Part shown: positions 63,356 to 64,000 of the stretch, piece after piece
How the letters are laid out: each line of letters starts with the position of its first letter
Position numbering within the stretch: the first letter of the stretch is position 1
NCBI GenBank assembly: GCA_964603585.1
Contig: CAZRVK010000003.1
Span: 131,693 to 195,692 of the forward strand
Reading direction: 5' to 3'
Source of the DNA: an uncultured Planctomycetales bacterium
GTDB lineage: Bacteria > Omnitrophota > Gorgyraeia > Gygaellales > Profunditerraquicolaceae
DNA: 64,000 nt
The notes under the pieces: model-generated
Told to the model about the DNA's origin: nothing
Seen by the model: the letters and a program-made list of their open reading frames with translations, nothing else
Databases searched by the model: none
Translations under genes and position numbers: made by a program

Positions 63356-64000
63356 ATGGCGTTAAGAAAACATTTTTTTACATCGGAGTCAGTCGGGGAA
63401 GGCCATCCGGATAAAGTATGCGATCAAATATCTGATGGGGTGTTGGACGATGTCTTAAGGCAGGATCCGTATGGAAGGGTTGCTTGTGAAACATATGTCA
63501 CTATGGGGTTATTGATCGTAGGCGGCGAGATCACCACTACCGCTTACGTGGATATTCAAAAGCTGGCCCGTAATATCATTGAGGATATTGGTTATACCCA
63601 TCCGAAATACGGGTTTGATTACCATACCTGCGCGATCATTAATACCATCAATACCCAATCTCCGGATATTGCCCAGGGGGTCAATAAAGGCGGGGCCGGG
63701 GATCAGGGGTTTATGGTAGGATTTGCCTGCCGAGAAACTGAAGAATTAATGCCATTGCCGATCATGCTTTCGCATAAATTAGTGAAACGCATGGCTGATG
63801 TTAGAAGAAGCGGTACTTTAAAATATTTAGGCCCTGATTGCAAATCGCAGGTCAGCGTTGAGTATCATGATGGTCATCCCAAGAGGGTGGATTCGGTGGT
63901 TATTGCCTGCCAGCATACTGAAGATATACTTGATTCATCCAAAGAGATGATCACTAAAAAGGCGCGCCAGGAGTTTATTGATGTCGTTGCGCATCCGGTT
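63356..64000 (+). CDS. metK: S-adenosylmethionine synthetase (5' part; runs off window end)
   Basis: [21 protein letters not shown]-terminal MetK motif; GGAGGG RBS; no stop before the window end. Confidence 0.85.
   Translation, partial: MALRKHFFTSESVGEGHPDKVCDQISDGVLDDVLRQDPYGRVACETYVTMGLLIVGGEITTTAYVDIQKLARNIIEDIGYTHPKYGFDYHTCAIINTINTQSPDIAQGVNKGGAGDQGFMVGFACRETEELMPLPIMLSHKLVKRMADVRRSGTLKYLGPDCKSQVSVEYHDGHPKRVDSVVIACQHTEDILDSSKEMITKKARQEFIDVVAHPV

Overview
This 64 kb window is mostly a collinear, plus-strand housekeeping stretch of a Gram-negative-type bacterial chromosome, recognised by LpxB and an MsbA-like exporter. Archaeal-type ApgM, a class II RNR, GSIII and NfnAB-like genes give it an anaerobic, deep-branching flavour. 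Recognisable blocks, in order:
- nrdJ 3' end, apgM, mnmG
- two adjacent phosphate-uptake modules: PiT with a DUF47 partner, then pstSCA, two pstB and phoU
- Lrp regulator, aminotransferase and a GAF-ANTAR regulator
- a complete F1Fo ATP synthase operon
- RRM protein, cupin, recQ, nadE
- a small envelope-related island containing a candidate c-di-GMP riboswitch
- nitrogen-assimilation cluster glnN, nfnAB-like, gdhA
- PilZ, a deaminase, a REC-only regulator, a PEBP protein and a large FGE/SUMF1-domain secreted protein
- pyrG, DUF1846, carA and a split carB N-terminal half
- β-CASP RNase, an L27-like gene, an M48 protease
- lpxB and an oxidoreductase (the only minus-strand genes besides one acyltransferase), msbA-like
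- rpsB-tsf-pyrH-frr, three tRNAs (Lys, Leu, Gly), ptsN-yvcK-ptsH-ptsI, a nucleotidyltransferase and the metK 5' end
No CRISPR array, integrase or transposase was seen.
Non-coding signals worth a second look:
- a GAF-ANTAR gene abutting a consensus promoter plus an intrinsic terminator upstream of the atp operon
- a GEMM-like (c-di-GMP-I) aptamer with its own terminator
- a 227-bp MITE-like element with 23-bp terminal inverted repeats
- a dispersed 28-bp palindromic repeat in three copies
- a promoter/terminator leader immediately upstream of pyrG
Unusual coding features:
- tandem pstB genes with complementary degenerate ATPase motifs
- split carB
- a truncated epsilon subunit
- a divergent L27 paralog
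- an RRM protein with a Trp-rich KPW-repeat tail
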